Shown here in pieces: positions 29,574 through 40,407 of a stretch of DNA of 64,000 nucleotides. The stretch comes from Candidatus Multivoradales bacterium (GTDB lineage: Bacteria > Acidobacteriota > Thermoanaerobaculia > Multivoradales > J023). Both the position numbers and the translations under genes were made by a program. How positions within the stretch are numbered: the stretch's first letter is position 1; each line of letters opens with the position of its first letter. The stretch spans positions 576,001 to 640,000 of the forward strand of contig CBDFLE010000005.1 of assembly GCA_965248925.1 (NCBI GenBank), given 5' to 3'. The notes below the pieces were generated by a model, which ran no database searches, was not told where the DNA came from, and saw only the letters and a program-made list of their open reading frames with translations.

Positions 29574-31169
29574 TCAGTCGCTCGTTTCTTCGCTGTCGGC
29601 AGCGCTGTCTTTGGTGGTGTCGAGGTCGGCAAAGGCCTGCTCGGCAACCTGCATCTGATCACTTGCGGCGGCGGCCTCTTCGGCTTCCAAATGACCGCTC
29701 TCCTTCATCGCCTTGCTCAGCGCGGCCATGAAGTCGTCTTCACCCATTGACCCAGTGGCGTCTGGTTTGGCCTCAGGCACCGGCAGATCGAGGCTGACGG
29801 AGTCCTCGAGGCCGGCTTGCTCTAGTGCCCAAGCGCGGATCGCCGCCACCGTCTTGGGACCGACTCCTTCGACCGCGGCCATCGCATCCGGTCGCGCATC
29901 GAGCACCGAGCCAAGATCGACAAAACCGGCTTCCCGCAAGGCCTCTCCGACCTTCTCCCCAACTCCCGGGATTGATGGCCAATCGACTTCCGTGTCGTCG
30001 CTCATCGGCTCGTTGGCGGGGAGGCTCTCTTCCATCGCGGTCTGCAGCATCTTGGCCAGCGCGTCGGCGACCTCGTCCTTGACGTCGGATTCGCCCTTGA
30101 TATCGATTTTGCCGACGATCAGCTCGGCGGCCAGACGGACATTCTGTCCGCGTTTGCCGATCGCCAGGGAGAGCTGCTCGTCCTCGACGATCACATCCAG
30201 ATGGGGCACATCGCTGTGATGGGTAATCGATACGCGGGTAATCCGCGCTGGCGCCAGAGCGCTCTGGGCGAAGGTCACTAAGTCGTCGCTGTACTCGATG
30301 ATGTCGATTTTCTCACCGCGTAGCTCGCGGATGATCGACTGCACCCTCGATCCCTTCATGCCGACGCAAGCGCCGACTGGATCGACATCCCGCTCGCGGC
30401 TGTAGACCGCTACTTTGGCCCTTTCGCCGGGGGCTCGCACGGCGCTCTTGATCACTACCGTGCCATCGTAGATCTCAGGCACTTCCATCTCGAAGAGCTT
30501 GACCAACAAGCGCGGATCGGTGCGCGAGAGGACGATCTGCGGTCCCTTGGGTTGAGTGTGCACATCGATAATCACGGCGCGGATGCGCTCGCCCTGGCTG
30601 TAGCGCTCGTGGCGCGCCTGCTCCGGCTTGGGTACCACCGCCTCGGTGCGCCCAAGGTCGACAATGATGTCGCCGCGCTCGAAGCGTTTGACCGTGCCAT
30701 TGAGAATCTCGCCCACGCGGTCGTGGAACTCGTTGAAGATCTTCTCCCGTTCAGCCTCACGGATGCGCTGATAGAGCACCTGCTTGGCCGACTGTGCGGC
30801 GATTCGGCCCAGGCCCTCAGTCGACAGCGGCATCAAGATTTCGTCACCGATGGCGGCCTCGGCGCGCTCGGCTTGTGCTTCCTCCAGCGACCATTCGGCC
30901 AGAGGGTCGACGACTTCTTCAACCACATTCTTGACGATGAAGGCGTCGAACTTACCTGTCGCCGGGTCGAATGTGGAGCGTACTGGCTCCTTGATACGGT
31001 GCTGCTTCTTGGCCGCGGAAGCCATCGCGTCTTCCAATGCGGCAATCCAGCGATCAAGATCGATCGACTTCTCTCGCGAGACCTGCTCGAGCACCTGCAT
31101 GAGGTCAATATCTGGTGTTTGTGCCTGGGCCATCTTCGATTCCGTGTTCGATAAGTCCATGGAGGCCAT
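29574..31169 (-). CDS. nusA: Transcription termination factor NusA with HhH/acidic extension
   Basis: GRIAAQSAKQ, DPVGACVGMKGSRV and AIGKRGQNVRLA. Confidence 0.97.
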   Translation of the reverse strand: MASMDLSNTESKMAQAQTPDIDLMQVLEQVSREKSIDLDRWIAALEDAMASAAKKQHRIKEPVRSTFDPATGKFDAFIVKNVVEEVVDPLAEWSLEEAQAERAEAAIGDEILMPLSTEGLGRIAAQSAKQVLYQRIREAEREKIFNEFHDRVGEILNGTVKRFERGDIIVDLGRTEAVVPKPEQARHERYSQGERIRAVIIDVHTQPKGPQIVLSRTDPRLLVKLFEMEVPEIYDGTVVIKSAVRAPGERAKVAVYSRERDVDPVGACVGMKGSRVQSIIRELRGEKIDIIEYSDDLVTFAQSALAPARITRVSITHHSDVPHLDVIVEDEQLSLAIGKRGQNVRLAAELIVGKIDIKGESDVKDEVADALAKMLQTAMEESLPANEPMSDDTEVDWPSIPGVGEKVGEALREAGFVDLGSVLDARPDAMAAVEGVGPKTVAAIRAWALEQAGLEDSVSLDLPVPEAKPDATGSMGEDDFMAALSKAMKESGHLEAEEAAAASDQMQVAEQAFADLDTTKDSAADSEETSD

Positions 31170-31201
31170 GGAACGTGAGTAAAAGGGGTCACCGCCGGCT
31201 G

Positions 31202-31702
31202 CTAAACCCTCCCGCCGGTGGCACCGAGAGCTAGCTCTTGTTCGAGATCGAGCCTTGCCGTTTGGATCTGGCTCAAAAGGATTTCGATCTGCCTGCCGGA
31301 CTCGGTGATTGCGATACGCGCCGTGCCGCCATTCTGATTGGTGAAGTCTTGAAGTTCCCCGACAACGGTGCGCTTACTCTGAGATTCTCCGTCAACGAAG
31401 GTCAGGCGGACGAAATGGCCGCAGAAACGGCGGAAGTCGCCAGCGCCGAAGAGCGGCCGATCAAGACCGGGCGAGCTAACTTCAAGCACATACTTGCCGC
31501 CGCCGAAATCGTTTAAGTCGAGGATGGGGGAGAGCTGCTTGGAGACTTTTTCACAGTGCTGCAGAGTGGTGCCATCTGGGTGATCCAGAAGGATCTGCAA
31601 AACGCCCCGATTGAACTCGGCTTGCAGCAGCCGGCACTCGCAGCTGCTGGCTACGGCGGCGATCTCCGCCTCGAGTTCTGCTGTGATTCGAAGGGCGCTC
31701 AC
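31202..31702 (-). CDS. rimP: Ribosome maturation factor RimP
   Basis: YVLEVSSPGLDRPL; first gene of the nusA-infB operon. Confidence 0.95.
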   Translation of the reverse strand: MSALRITAELEAEIAAVASSCECRLLQAEFNRGVLQILLDHPDGTTLQHCEKVSKQLSPILDLNDFGGGKYVLEVSSPGLDRPLFGAGDFRRFCGHFVRLTFVDGESQSKRTVVGELQDFTNQNGGTARIAITESGRQIEILLSQIQTARLDLEQELALGATGGRV

Positions 31703-31944
31703 GGGTCGCTGTGTCTCCTACGCCAGTTGCCGGCCGAAACCGATCCCACGCGGCCGTCCGCTGCTTGATAGCGGACGGATGGCCCCGGAAGGCCGCCGTG
31801 TTAAACACGGGGTGGGTCCGGGTTTACGCGATAGTTGGCGTTCTTCATGATCAACGGTCGTTACGTTTCTGCCGGTTCTCGCGCGGGACGACCTCTGGGC
31901 ACTCGCTACTGAAGTCGGTCGGCTTGCAAAAAAAGTTCGGCCAA

Positions 31945-31976
31945 CAAAAAAGGTGGGCGAACTACCCACCCTCCCG
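31945..31976 (-). ncRNA. rimP leader hairpin (terminator-like)
   Basis: Minus strand GGGTGGGTAGTTCGCCCACCTTTTTT resembles the widespread GTGGG...CCCAC-U leader of rimP operons. Confidence 0.65.
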
Positions 31977-31995
31977 TTGAAGAACTGGCTGGCGC

Positions 31996-32025
31996 AGTAT
32001 AGACCAAAGGTTCGGCCAGGCGCAA
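31996..32025 (-). promoter_or_regulatory. Sigma70-type promoter of the rimP operon
   Basis: TTGCGC-N18-TATACT immediately upstream of the leader hairpin. Confidence 0.6.
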
Positions 32026-32350
32026 CAAACATAAGTGCCGTCTAAATCTGCGCTTAGGCTCGCTCGGCGGCAGCTGCTGCGGCATCGATTCGGCTCACTT
32101 ACAGTGGGCTTTGCGGGACCTGCGGGCATTCACAACAGATGCTCAAAACCTCAGAGTCGAAAGTCCGTATCGTCCTCTACCGAGGTCATTCCTGCCAAGG
32201 CTGGTGCCAATATGGCGCTGCGATAGAAGGGGTGAGCGGTGGAAGAAGCTGTGATTTGGCCCGTCAGTGGCCGCCGCCGCGAACATAACTCCTTCGACAG
32301 GGGCGGATTTTCATCGTGGGTCAAAGGCACTATCGGCAGCCGGCAGCCGC

Positions 32351-32366
32351 TGGCAGGGGTTTTGCT
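32351..32366 (+). promoter_or_regulatory. Sigma54 -24/-12 promoter upstream of degQ
   Basis: TGGCAGGGGTTTTGCT has GG-N10-GC with TGGCA and TTGCT. Confidence 0.55.
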
Positions 32367-32544
32367 AGGCAGGCTAGGAGAGGCCGCGCTGGCAGATACC
32401 ACCAGAGGCGTGACTCCACTGTCGATGAGAATTCAGCAAATCCAGGGCCTCAGCGGTCCTTGAGCACGATGGGTCAGAAAAAATAGGCGCGGCCGCACTA
32501 GACCTTCCTTAGTAGGCCGGCCGGGTACCACCGAGGAGAGCTTG

Positions 32545-34062
32545 ATGCAGAATCAGCGCGGCCGTCAGATATTCACCTTTGCCCTGGTATTTGGAGCGAT
32601 GGTCTTTGGCATGGTCTTGGCGGGCAGCTCGGAGCTGGTGCCGGCTGGCCTAGCAGAGGCCGACACCGCTCCCAGCCGGCCGGTTCAGGTGGCTGCAGCA
32701 AGTCCCGTCCAGGGCCTACCCAGTTTGGCGGACTTGGCCGAGGCGGTGTCGCCGGCGGTGGTTTCCATCCAAGTCACGACTTTTGTCGAAGAACGCCCCC
32801 AGAGCGGCAACCCACTGGATTTCTTCCTCAACCCGAGACGCCGCCGGCAGCCGCAACCCAACCCGGGCGAAGAGCCGGAGCAGCGCCGGGCGCGCTCTTC
32901 CGGCAGTGGTTTCGTGATTAGCGCCGACGGCTTCATCATCACCAATCACCACGTCATTGACGGTGCTGATGGCTTGACGGTCAATCTTGGCGGCCGCCGC
33001 TATCCAGCGGTAGTGAAGGGCGACGATCCGGCCACCGATATCGCCCTGATCAAGATCGAGCCCGATGGGCCGATCCCCTACCTTGACCTCGGAGATAGCA
33101 ACGGCCTGCGGGTCGGCGATTGGGTGATGGTTATCGGCAGCCCATTGCAGCTTGAGAATTCCGTCTCAGTCGGGGTGGTCTCGGCCAAGGGGCGGGCGAT
33201 CAATATCACTGCCGACAGCGGTTTGGAGAAGTTCATCCAGACCGATGCGGCGATCAACTTCGGCAACTCGGGTGGACCCTTGGTCGATCTCGCCGGTCGG
33301 GTGGTCGGTATCGCCACGGCGATCAACTTCGGTGCCGAGAACATCGGCTTCGCCGTTCCGGTCGAGACTCTGCGCCAGATCTTGCCGCAGCTGCGCGACA
33401 ACGGCTCGGTGGAGAGGGGCTATCTCGGAGTCAGCATCAAGGACCTCAGCTTCGATCTCTCCCAGGCTTTCGGCCTCGATTCGACCGACGGTTCATTGGT
33501 CGAGAGTGTCACCGATGACGGTCCGGCCGAGGACAGTGGCTTGCGCCACGGCGATGTCATCTTGAAAGTCGACGGCAAGGTGGTACGTAACAATCGCGAG
33601 CTGATCGACAATATCTCCAGCCGTCGGCCGGGGGTCAAGGTGACCTTGACCTTGTGGCGCAATGGCAAGTGGATCGACAAGAAGGTCAAGCTGGGCCAGC
33701 GCCCTGGCAGTCAAGTAGCGCAAGTTGATCCCGAGGTTGAAGAGCACGGCAGCATTGATTGGTTGGGCATCGAATACACCGACTTGAACGCCAACTTGCG
33801 CCAGAACCACGGTATAGATAGCGACATTGAGGGAGTTTGGGTCACCGACGTCGCCGCCACCAGCCCGTTGGTAGACGACACCGCGCAAGTGGTGCCGGGC
33901 GATGTGATCACCGAGGTGAATGGTGAGCCGATCGACAGTGTCAAACGCTTCGAAGAGCTGGTCGAAGCCGCCGAGTCGGGTTCCTTCTTGCGGCTCTATA
34001 TCACCAGCTTCAACCCGCAGCGCAGCGGCGCCCGTTTCTTTGCCATCATACGGGTACCCTAG
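32545..34062 (+). CDS. DegP/DegQ (HtrA) serine protease with 2 PDZ domains
   Basis: GSGFVI, TNHHV, DIAL and QTDAAINFGNSGG motifs; N-terminal TM/signal. Confidence 0.95.
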   Translation: MQNQRGRQIFTFALVFGAMVFGMVLAGSSELVPAGLAEADTAPSRPVQVAAASPVQGLPSLADLAEAVSPAVVSIQVTTFVEERPQSGNPLDFFLNPRRRRQPQPNPGEEPEQRRARSSGSGFVISADGFIITNHHVIDGADGLTVNLGGRRYPAVVKGDDPATDIALIKIEPDGPIPYLDLGDSNGLRVGDWVMVIGSPLQLENSVSVGVVSAKGRAINITADSGLEKFIQTDAAINFGNSGGPLVDLAGRVVGIATAINFGAENIGFAVPVETLRQILPQLRDNGSVERGYLGVSIKDLSFDLSQAFGLDSTDGSLVESVTDDGPAEDSGLRHGDVILKVDGKVVRNNRELIDNISSRRPGVKVTLTLWRNGKWIDKKVKLGQRPGSQVAQVDPEVEEHGSIDWLGIEYTDLNANLRQNHGIDSDIEGVWVTDVAATSPLVDDTAQVVPGDVITEVNGEPIDSVKRFEELVEAAESGSFLRLYITSFNPQRSGARFFAIIRVP

Positions 34063-34064
34063 AG

Positions 34065-35441
34065 GTGGCTAAGGGAAGCGAGCCGGTCAGCAAGGCGATG
34101 GTGTTGGTGGTCGACGACGAGTCGTCGATTCGCGAGAGCCTGCGGATGATCCTTGAGTACGAGGGGTACCGGGTCGACGATGCAGCGAGCGGCGCGGCGG
34201 CGTTGGCCAAGGTAGCCGAGCGGGCACCGGAAGCGGTGTTGCTCGACATCAAGATGCCGGAGATGGACGGCCTCGATGTCCTCGCCGCATTCCGCGAGCG
34301 CGGCTACGACATGCCGGTGCTGATCATCAGCGGCCATGGAGATGTCAACACGGCGGCAGCCGCGACCCGCCAAGGGGCCTATGACTTCTTTGAGAAGCCC
34401 CTTGAACGGGACCGGGTTTTGGTCAGTCTGCGCAATGCGGTAAGGGCTTACAGGCTTCAGTCCGAGAATCGTATTCGGCGGCACGAACCGGACCGGCTGA
34501 CCGGTGATTCGCCGGCTTTGGAGGGCCTACGTCAGACTTTGGCCAAGGCTGCGCCGACCCCCGCTACTGTGCTGATCACCGGCGAGTCAGGAACCGGCAA
34601 GGAGTTGGTGGCGCGGGCCATTCACGAGCAGTCGGCGCGGGCCAACCGGCCATTCATTCAGGTCAACTGCGCCGCCATCCCCGACGAACTCATCGAATCG
34701 GAGCTTTTCGGCCACGAGAAGGGTAGCTTCACCGGTGCGGTGCGCAAACAGATCGGCAAGTTCGTCGCCGCCCACGGCGGCACGATCTTTCTCGATGAGA
34801 TTGGCGACATGTCGGCCCGCACTCAAGCCAAGGTCTTGCGGGTGCTGCAAAACGGTGAGGTCGAGCCGGTGGGGGCGACCAACAACACCCGGGTCGACGT
34901 GCGGGTGGTCGCGGCCACCAACCGCGACTTGCGCCAAGGGATCGAGGACGGCGAGTTCCGTGAAGACTTGTTCTACCGCCTCAACGTCATCCCGATTCGC
35001 ACTCCACCGCTGCGCGAGCATCTCGACGATCTGCCACAGTTGGTCAGTTACTTCGTCGAATGCTACACCCGAGCCAATAACTACCGTTCCAAGGTCTTCT
35101 CTGAAGACGCCCTGGCACACCTTAAGACCTTGCCATGGAAAGGTAATGTCCGCGAACTCAAGAACCTAGTCGAGCGATTGCTTATACTCAGCTCAGGCGA
35201 CGAAGTAAAAAAGCAAGACGTGGTGCAATACACCTCGGGCGCCCAGGCGGAAATCTCCGAGTCCCTGCTGGCGGTCAAGACGCTGCGCGAGTTTCGCGAA
35301 ATGTCCGAGCGCCTATTCCTGCTACACAAGCTTGACGAGAATGGTTGGAACGTCACCCAGACCGCCCAATCGGTCAAGACCCCACGCTCCAATCTGTACA
35401 AGAAGATGGAGCAGTACGACATTCGCCGCGACGGCTCGTAG
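34065..35441 (+). CDS. Sigma54-dependent response regulator (NtrC/NtrX family)
   Basis: Receiver, [37 protein letters not shown] and a C-terminal HTH. Confidence 0.93.
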   Translation: MAKGSEPVSKAMVLVVDDESSIRESLRMILEYEGYRVDDAASGAAALAKVAERAPEAVLLDIKMPEMDGLDVLAAFRERGYDMPVLIISGHGDVNTAAAATRQGAYDFFEKPLERDRVLVSLRNAVRAYRLQSENRIRRHEPDRLTGDSPALEGLRQTLAKAAPTPATVLITGESGTGKELVARAIHEQSARANRPFIQVNCAAIPDELIESELFGHEKGSFTGAVRKQIGKFVAAHGGTIFLDEIGDMSARTQAKVLRVLQNGEVEPVGATNNTRVDVRVVAATNRDLRQGIEDGEFREDLFYRLNVIPIRTPPLREHLDDLPQLVSYFVECYTRANNYRSKVFSEDALAHLKTLPWKGNVRELKNLVERLLILSSGDEVKKQDVVQYTSGAQAEISESLLAVKTLREFREMSERLFLLHKLDENGWNVTQTAQSVKTPRSNLYKKMEQYDIRRDGS

Positions 35442-35442
35442 G

Positions 35443-35511
35443 CCGTCCCGACCATCAAACGCCCCGAGCGTCAACCGCCCCGACCGGCAACCGCCCCGAC
35501 CGTCAACCGCC
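35443..35511. repeat. 16-bp minisatellite (about 4.3 copies)
   Basis: CCGTCCCGACCATCAA / ACGCCCCGAGCGTCAA / CCGCCCCGACCGGCAA / CCGCCCCGACCGTCAA / CCGCC. Confidence 0.85.
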
Positions 35512-36894
35512 ATAGTAGCGCCAGTAGACGTAGACCGCCGAGATCGCCAGGGTTCCCAGCATCACCGGCAGGCCGTAGGCGACGAAGCGCAGGAAAGAGA
35601 TCTTGGTTCCCGAGCGCTCGGCGATGCCGAGCATGACGACGTTGGCCGAGGCCCCGATCGGGCTGCCGTTGCCGCCCAGGCAGGAACCCAAGGCCAACGA
35701 CCACCAGACCGGCAGCAGCACTGGGTGGCGCAGCACTTGGCAACCCAGCTCTTCGGCCGAGGGACCGAGGATGGTCTCGCCCATGTCGGCCACCAGCGGC
35801 GCCATGGTGGCGACGAAAGGGATGTTGTCGAGAAAAGCCGAGGCAAATCCCGAAAACCACAGCATGGTCATCGAGGTGGCCAGCATCGACTGCTCGGTGG
35901 GGTGGGTGAGTTCGATCACTTGCCGCGAGAGATCGCTCACCAGGCCCACTTTCACCACTCCACCGACGATGATATAGAGGCCGATGAAGAAGAAGATCGT
36001 CGGCCACTCGACCTCCGCCAAAATCTCGCGCACTTCGAGGCGGGAGATCAACAGCAGCACTGCCGCGCCACCCAGGGCGATGGTCGCCGGTTCCAGGTGC
36101 AATGCACTGTGGGAGACGAAGCCGATGGTCACCAGGGCCATCACCATCAGGGATTTGCGGGCCAACACCGGATCCTTGATCAGCTGTCTCGCCGGCATCG
36201 ACAGCACATGCTGCCGGCGCTGCTCGGAAACCTGCATGCGACGGCCGAAAAGCAGCCAGACGACAGCCAGCAGGGCGACCATCATCACCACTACCACCGG
36301 TGCCAGGTTGACGACAAAATCAGTGAAGCCGAGGCCCGAGCGCGAGGCGATCATCAGATTCGGCGGATCGCCAATCAAGGTGGCAGTGCCGCCGATATTC
36401 GACGCCAGCGCCTCGCCGATCAAGAACGGGACTGGATCGAGCCCCAACTCGTCGGTGATTAACAGGGTTACCGGCGCGAAGAGCAGGACCGTGGTGACAT
36501 TGTCCAGCAGCGCCGAGAACACCGCGGTGAAGATCAAGAACATCACCAAGATCGGAAACGGTCGCCCACCCGCCAGCTTGGCCAGCTTGACCGCTGACCA
36601 CTCGAACAGACCGCTGCGGCCGAGAATGTTGACCAGGATCATCATCCCGATCAGCAAGTAGATCACGTTGTAGTCCACTCCCAAGCGGGGCGAATGGAAG
36701 GCCTCGGCCTGGTCGAGGACCTTGAGGCCGATCATCAACACCGCGCCGACCAACGCCGCCTTGGTCTTGTTGACCTTCTCCGAGACGATGGCGATCAGGC
36801 TGAGCAGAAAAACGGCGACCGCGAGCCAGTAGGTCGGGTTGCTGGCAGCAATTTCGGCGGTCGTCGCCAAGGCGGAATGCACTTCGGGTTCCAT
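35503..36894 (-). CDS. ArsB/NhaD-family ion transporter
   Basis: Many TM segments; SALLDNVTT, SNIGGTATLIGDPPN, SAFLDNIP and GGNGSPIGASAN. Confidence 0.92.
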   Translation of the reverse strand: MEPEVHSALATTAEIAASNPTYWLAVAVFLLSLIAIVSEKVNKTKAALVGAVLMIGLKVLDQAEAFHSPRLGVDYNVIYLLIGMMILVNILGRSGLFEWSAVKLAKLAGGRPFPILVMFLIFTAVFSALLDNVTTVLLFAPVTLLITDELGLDPVPFLIGEALASNIGGTATLIGDPPNLMIASRSGLGFTDFVVNLAPVVVVMMVALLAVVWLLFGRRMQVSEQRRQHVLSMPARQLIKDPVLARKSLMVMALVTIGFVSHSALHLEPATIALGGAAVLLLISRLEVREILAEVEWPTIFFFIGLYIIVGGVVKVGLVSDLSRQVIELTHPTEQSMLATSMTMLWFSGFASAFLDNIPFVATMAPLVADMGETILGPSAEELGCQVLRHPVLLPVWWSLALGSCLGGNGSPIGASANVVMLGIAERSGTKISFLRFVAYGLPVMLGTLAISAVYVYWRYYGG

Positions 36895-36965
36895 CGGAGG
36901 TGGCTCACTCGGGTCAGTAGAGGTGGGTTTGCAGGGCCTGCCGCGAAAAGCGGTCTGGCGTTGTT

Positions 36966-37448
36966 CTAGAGTATTTTCGGGGCGACCTTTTCAAGGATAG
37001 TCCGCCGCGTCACCATGCCGACGAAGCGTCCGTCCTCAAGCACAGGCAAGGTCTTGCGCCGCCGCTCGACGATTAGCACCACCGCTCGGGTCAGCGAATC
37101 GTCCGGCGCTACCGAGTCGATGTTCTCGCTCATCAATTCTTTGACCTGACGCCCGGCCAAGCCGTCGAGGCGCTCGGTGAGGAATCCCTTGTGCAGCATC
37201 GCCGCCAACTTCTGATCGAGATCAACATAGAGAGGCACAACGCTGCGCAAGATGTCGTAGATGCCCACCAGGCCGACCAGCCGTCGGTCCTTGTCGAGGA
37301 CCGCTGCGGTAGCCTGGCGGCTCGCCAGCAGCCGGGGTAGCAGGCTGGCGAAAGTCTCCTCCGGGGTGGTGGTCAGGGGATTCTCGAGCATGGTGTCGCG
37401 GATCAGCATGGGGGTGGTCTCCGGCTCTTGCAACAGCTCTTTTGACAT
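36966..37448 (-). CDS. Tandem CBS domain protein
   Basis: LVGLVGIYDI...VKELMS...LPVLEDGRFVGMVTRR. Confidence 0.88.
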   Translation of the reverse strand: MSKELLQEPETTPMLIRDTMLENPLTTTPEETFASLLPRLLASRQATAAVLDKDRRLVGLVGIYDILRSVVPLYVDLDQKLAAMLHKGFLTERLDGLAGRQVKELMSENIDSVAPDDSLTRAVVLIVERRRKTLPVLEDGRFVGMVTRRTILEKVAPKIL

Positions 37449-37626
37449 CTATATCGCGCTGCGCACGGTCAGCCCGCCGCAGCGCGGCAGAGAATACGCT
37501 ATTCTGTGCTGCGGCAACACCCCCTTGGCGAAACGATGCCGAGGGCTGACTTTTGTTGACCACCCTCAAGGGGCATTGCTACGATCCGCTTTCGTGACCC
37601 CGATCCCAATCCGACTTGGAGAGTTC

Positions 37627-38772
37627 ATGCATATCGAATTGAGCGAAGAGCAAGAGCTGCTGCGCCAGGAAGTGCGGCGATTCGCTGATGAAGTGATCAA
37701 ACCCAAAGCCAAGGAAATCGACGAGAAGGGCAGTTTCCCCCGCGATTCCTACGATCTAGCCGGCGAGATGGGGCTGGCGGGTGTTTTTGTTCCCGAGCAG
37801 CACGGTGGCGCCGGCATGGACACCTTGTCCTACTGCCTGATGATCGAGGAAATCAGTCGGGCATGCGCTTCGACCGGAGTGATCCTGTCGGTCAATAACT
37901 CGCTAGTCTGCGATCCGTTGCTGAAATTCGGCAGCGACGAGCAGAAGGAGCGTTTCCTCAAGCCCTTGGCCGCGGGCGAGAAGTTGGGTTGCTTCGCCTT
38001 GACTGAGCCCGGCGCCGGTTCAGACGCCGCCGCTCTGCGCACCACGGCGGTACGTGATGGCGACGACTACTTGCTCAATGGCAACAAGATCTTCATCACC
38101 AACGGCACTGACGCTGATCTGGCGCTGGTCTTCGCCACCGTCGACCCGGCACTCAAATACAAAGGCATCACCGCTTTCATCGTCGCCGCCGACGCTCCGG
38201 GATATTCCCACGGCGCGCATGAGTACAAGCTCGGGGTCAATGCGTCCGGCACCACTGAGCTGGCATTCCAAGATCTGCGAGTACCTGCGTCACAGCGAGT
38301 TGGCGAAGAGGGTGACGGTTTCAGAATTGCCATGGCTACCCTCGATGGCGGTCGGGTCGGAATCGCCGCTCAGGCGGTGGGGATCGCCCAGGCCGCCTTC
38401 GAAGAGGCGCTGGCCTACTCACAAGTGCGTGAACAATTTGGCACCCCGATTTCTAGTTTCCAGGCTATCCAGCACTACCTGGCCGATATGTCGACCGAAC
38501 TCGACGCCGCCCGCCTGCTGACCTGGAAAGCGGCTTGGGCGAAGGAACATCAGAAGCGCTACACCCTGGAAGCCGCCCAGGCCAAGCTCTTCTCCTCGCA
38601 GATGGCGCAGAAGGTGACCAATTTGGCGTTGCAGATCCACGGCGGCTACGGCTATATCCGCGAGTACAACATGGAGCGCTACTTCCGTGATGCCCGGATT
38701 ACCGAGATCTACGAAGGTACCAGCGAGATCCAGAAAATAGTGATCGCCGACTGGGTGTTGAACAAGAGCTAA
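37627..38772 (+). CDS. Acyl-CoA dehydrogenase
   Basis: [29 protein letters not shown] and [10 protein letters not shown]; ATG 37627 after GGAG. Confidence 0.95.
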   Translation: MHIELSEEQELLRQEVRRFADEVIKPKAKEIDEKGSFPRDSYDLAGEMGLAGVFVPEQHGGAGMDTLSYCLMIEEISRACASTGVILSVNNSLVCDPLLKFGSDEQKERFLKPLAAGEKLGCFALTEPGAGSDAAALRTTAVRDGDDYLLNGNKIFITNGTDADLALVFATVDPALKYKGITAFIVAADAPGYSHGAHEYKLGVNASGTTELAFQDLRVPASQRVGEEGDGFRIAMATLDGGRVGIAAQAVGIAQAAFEEALAYSQVREQFGTPISSFQAIQHYLADMSTELDAARLLTWKAAWAKEHQKRYTLEAAQAKLFSSQMAQKVTNLALQIHGGYGYIREYNMERYFRDARITEIYEGTSEIQKIVIADWVLNKS

Positions 38773-38787
38773 GCCGAGGTAACGAAC

Positions 38788-39939
38788 ATGTCCGAGGTCT
38801 TGATGGACTTTGCCCTGAGCGAAGATCAAACACTGATTCGTGACGAGGTCCGTCGCTTCGCCGAAGAGCGCATCTTGCCCGGCGTGGCGGAGCGCGACCG
38901 CAATCACCAGTTCCCGGCCGAGATCATCGCTGAACTCGGTGAGCTCGGCTTTCTCGGCATGACGGTGGACGAAGAATACGGCGGCGCCGGATTCGACAGT
39001 CTCACCTATCTGCTGGCGGTCGAAGAGTTGGCCCGGATTTGTCCGGCAACGGCGGTCACCATGACAGTTACTAACTCGGTCTGCTGTTGGCCCATCGGCC
39101 GTTTTGGCAGCGAAGAACTCAAGCGGCGGGTTTTGCCCCAGCTAGCTGGCGAAGGCGCCCTGGGCGGCTTTGGTCTAACCGAGCCTGGCGCCGGCTCCGA
39201 CGCTGGTGCAATGCGCACCACGGCCAAAAAAGACGGCGAGCATTGGCTGCTCGACGGCGAGAAGGCATGGATTACCAATGCCGGAGAAGCCAAATACTTG
39301 GTGGTGTTGGCCAAGACTAACCCCGAAGCTGGTAAGCGCGGGATCACCGCATTCGTCTTGCCCACCGACACCCCTGGTTTCGAGGTGGGCACGGCGGAAG
39401 AAAAGGTTGGTCTGAAAGCGTCCCGCACCGCGCCGATCTACTTCAGCGGTTGCCGGGTGAGTGATGCCAATCGTTTGGGCGCAGAAGGGCAGGGCTTCAA
39501 GATCGCCCTCTCGACCCTCGATCATTCGCGTTTGGGTATTGCCGCCCAGTCGATCGGCATGCATCAGCGGGCGCTAGAACTGGCTACCTCTTACGCCAAG
39601 GATCGGCAGCAGTTCGGCCAGCCGATCAGCAACTTCCAGACCATTCAGTTCAAGCTTGCTGAGATGGCCACCGAGTTGGCGGCGGCTCGCGCTCTGACCT
39701 ACCATGCGGCAATCGAAGAGCATTCCGCTATTGCCGGCCGGCTGGCCTCCCAGGCCAAAGTCTACGCCAGCGAGGCGGCCAACCGGGCCTGTTGGGAAGC
39801 GGTGCAGATTCACGGCGGCAATGGTTTTTGCGAAGACTACGAGGTTGCTCGCCTGTTTCGCGATGTGCGAGTGACGACCATCTACGAGGGCACCAGCGAA
39901 ATGCAACGTCTGGTGATCGCGCGGCACTTGCTGCGCTGA
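38788..39939 (+). CDS. Acyl-CoA dehydrogenase
   Basis: [28 protein letters not shown] and TIYEGTSEMQ. Confidence 0.95.
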   Translation: MSEVLMDFALSEDQTLIRDEVRRFAEERILPGVAERDRNHQFPAEIIAELGELGFLGMTVDEEYGGAGFDSLTYLLAVEELARICPATAVTMTVTNSVCCWPIGRFGSEELKRRVLPQLAGEGALGGFGLTEPGAGSDAGAMRTTAKKDGEHWLLDGEKAWITNAGEAKYLVVLAKTNPEAGKRGITAFVLPTDTPGFEVGTAEEKVGLKASRTAPIYFSGCRVSDANRLGAEGQGFKIALSTLDHSRLGIAAQSIGMHQRALELATSYAKDRQQFGQPISNFQTIQFKLAEMATELAAARALTYHAAIEEHSAIAGRLASQAKVYASEAANRACWEAVQIHGGNGFCEDYEVARLFRDVRVTTIYEGTSEMQRLVIARHLLR

Positions 39940-40134
39940 CCCGGCCCGCCCTTCGCCACCCGCAAGGAGAATGCTCTCCTTGCAGCGAAGAAATATCTGT
40001 CTCATAAAGACAGATTGCTAATAAGCTATTGTTGCCCTCAGACTATGTACTGCTGGATGATTGGCGGTGGGTGGCAGGAGTGTATTCTGCTTTCCCCGGC
40101 ATAGTGCAGTGCAAGAAAATCAAGGAGAGGAAGA

Positions 40135-40326
40135 ATGCGAAAAGCGATCATCGGAGCTTGTTTGGTCTTCGGCCTGTCATTTGCTTTCGGAATGACCACC
40201 GCCGAACCGGCGAAAGCTGCCGGCTTCTGCACCTATCGTTGTGTTTGCAGTGTGCCGTACAAATGTTGCGGCAGCGCCTGCAAGGTTACCAACGAGATTC
40301 AGTGCCCGCAGGTATTTGACTGCTGA
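40135..40326 (+). CDS. Small secreted cysteine-rich peptide (28-aa signal + 35-aa mature peptide, 8 Cys)
   Basis: Strong AAGGAGAGG RBS; Sec signal ending AKA|A; mature AGFCTYRCVCSVPYKCCGSACKVTNEIQCPQVFDC. Confidence 0.8.
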   Translation: MRKAIIGACLVFGLSFAFGMTTAEPAKAAGFCTYRCVCSVPYKCCGSACKVTNEIQCPQVFDC

Positions 40327-40343
40327 CAGGGCCTTGAACTTGG

Positions 40344-40375
40344 GAGGAACGGCCATTGCGCCGTTCCTTCTCTTC
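40344..40375 (+). terminator. Stem-loop (weak terminator/stabiliser) between the peptide and redoxin genes
   Basis: AGGAACGGC-CATTGC-GCCGTTCCT followed by a pyrimidine run. Confidence 0.55.
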
Positions 40376-40407
40376 GAACCAGAGAGATTCAACGAGGAGC
40401 CCGGCCG

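Noticed and set aside
31711-32463. Short ORFs between rimP and degQ
   Set aside because: They have no convincing motifs and overlap the identified promoter and leader elements.
35443-35511. Possible CRISPR array (also the repeats at 51846 and 52445)
   Set aside because: The repeats are contiguous with no spacers, and there are no cas genes in the window.
37261-37626. N-terminal extension of the acyl-CoA dehydrogenase in the ORF track
   Set aside because: It overlaps the divergent CBS gene; the RBS and family length support ATG 37627.
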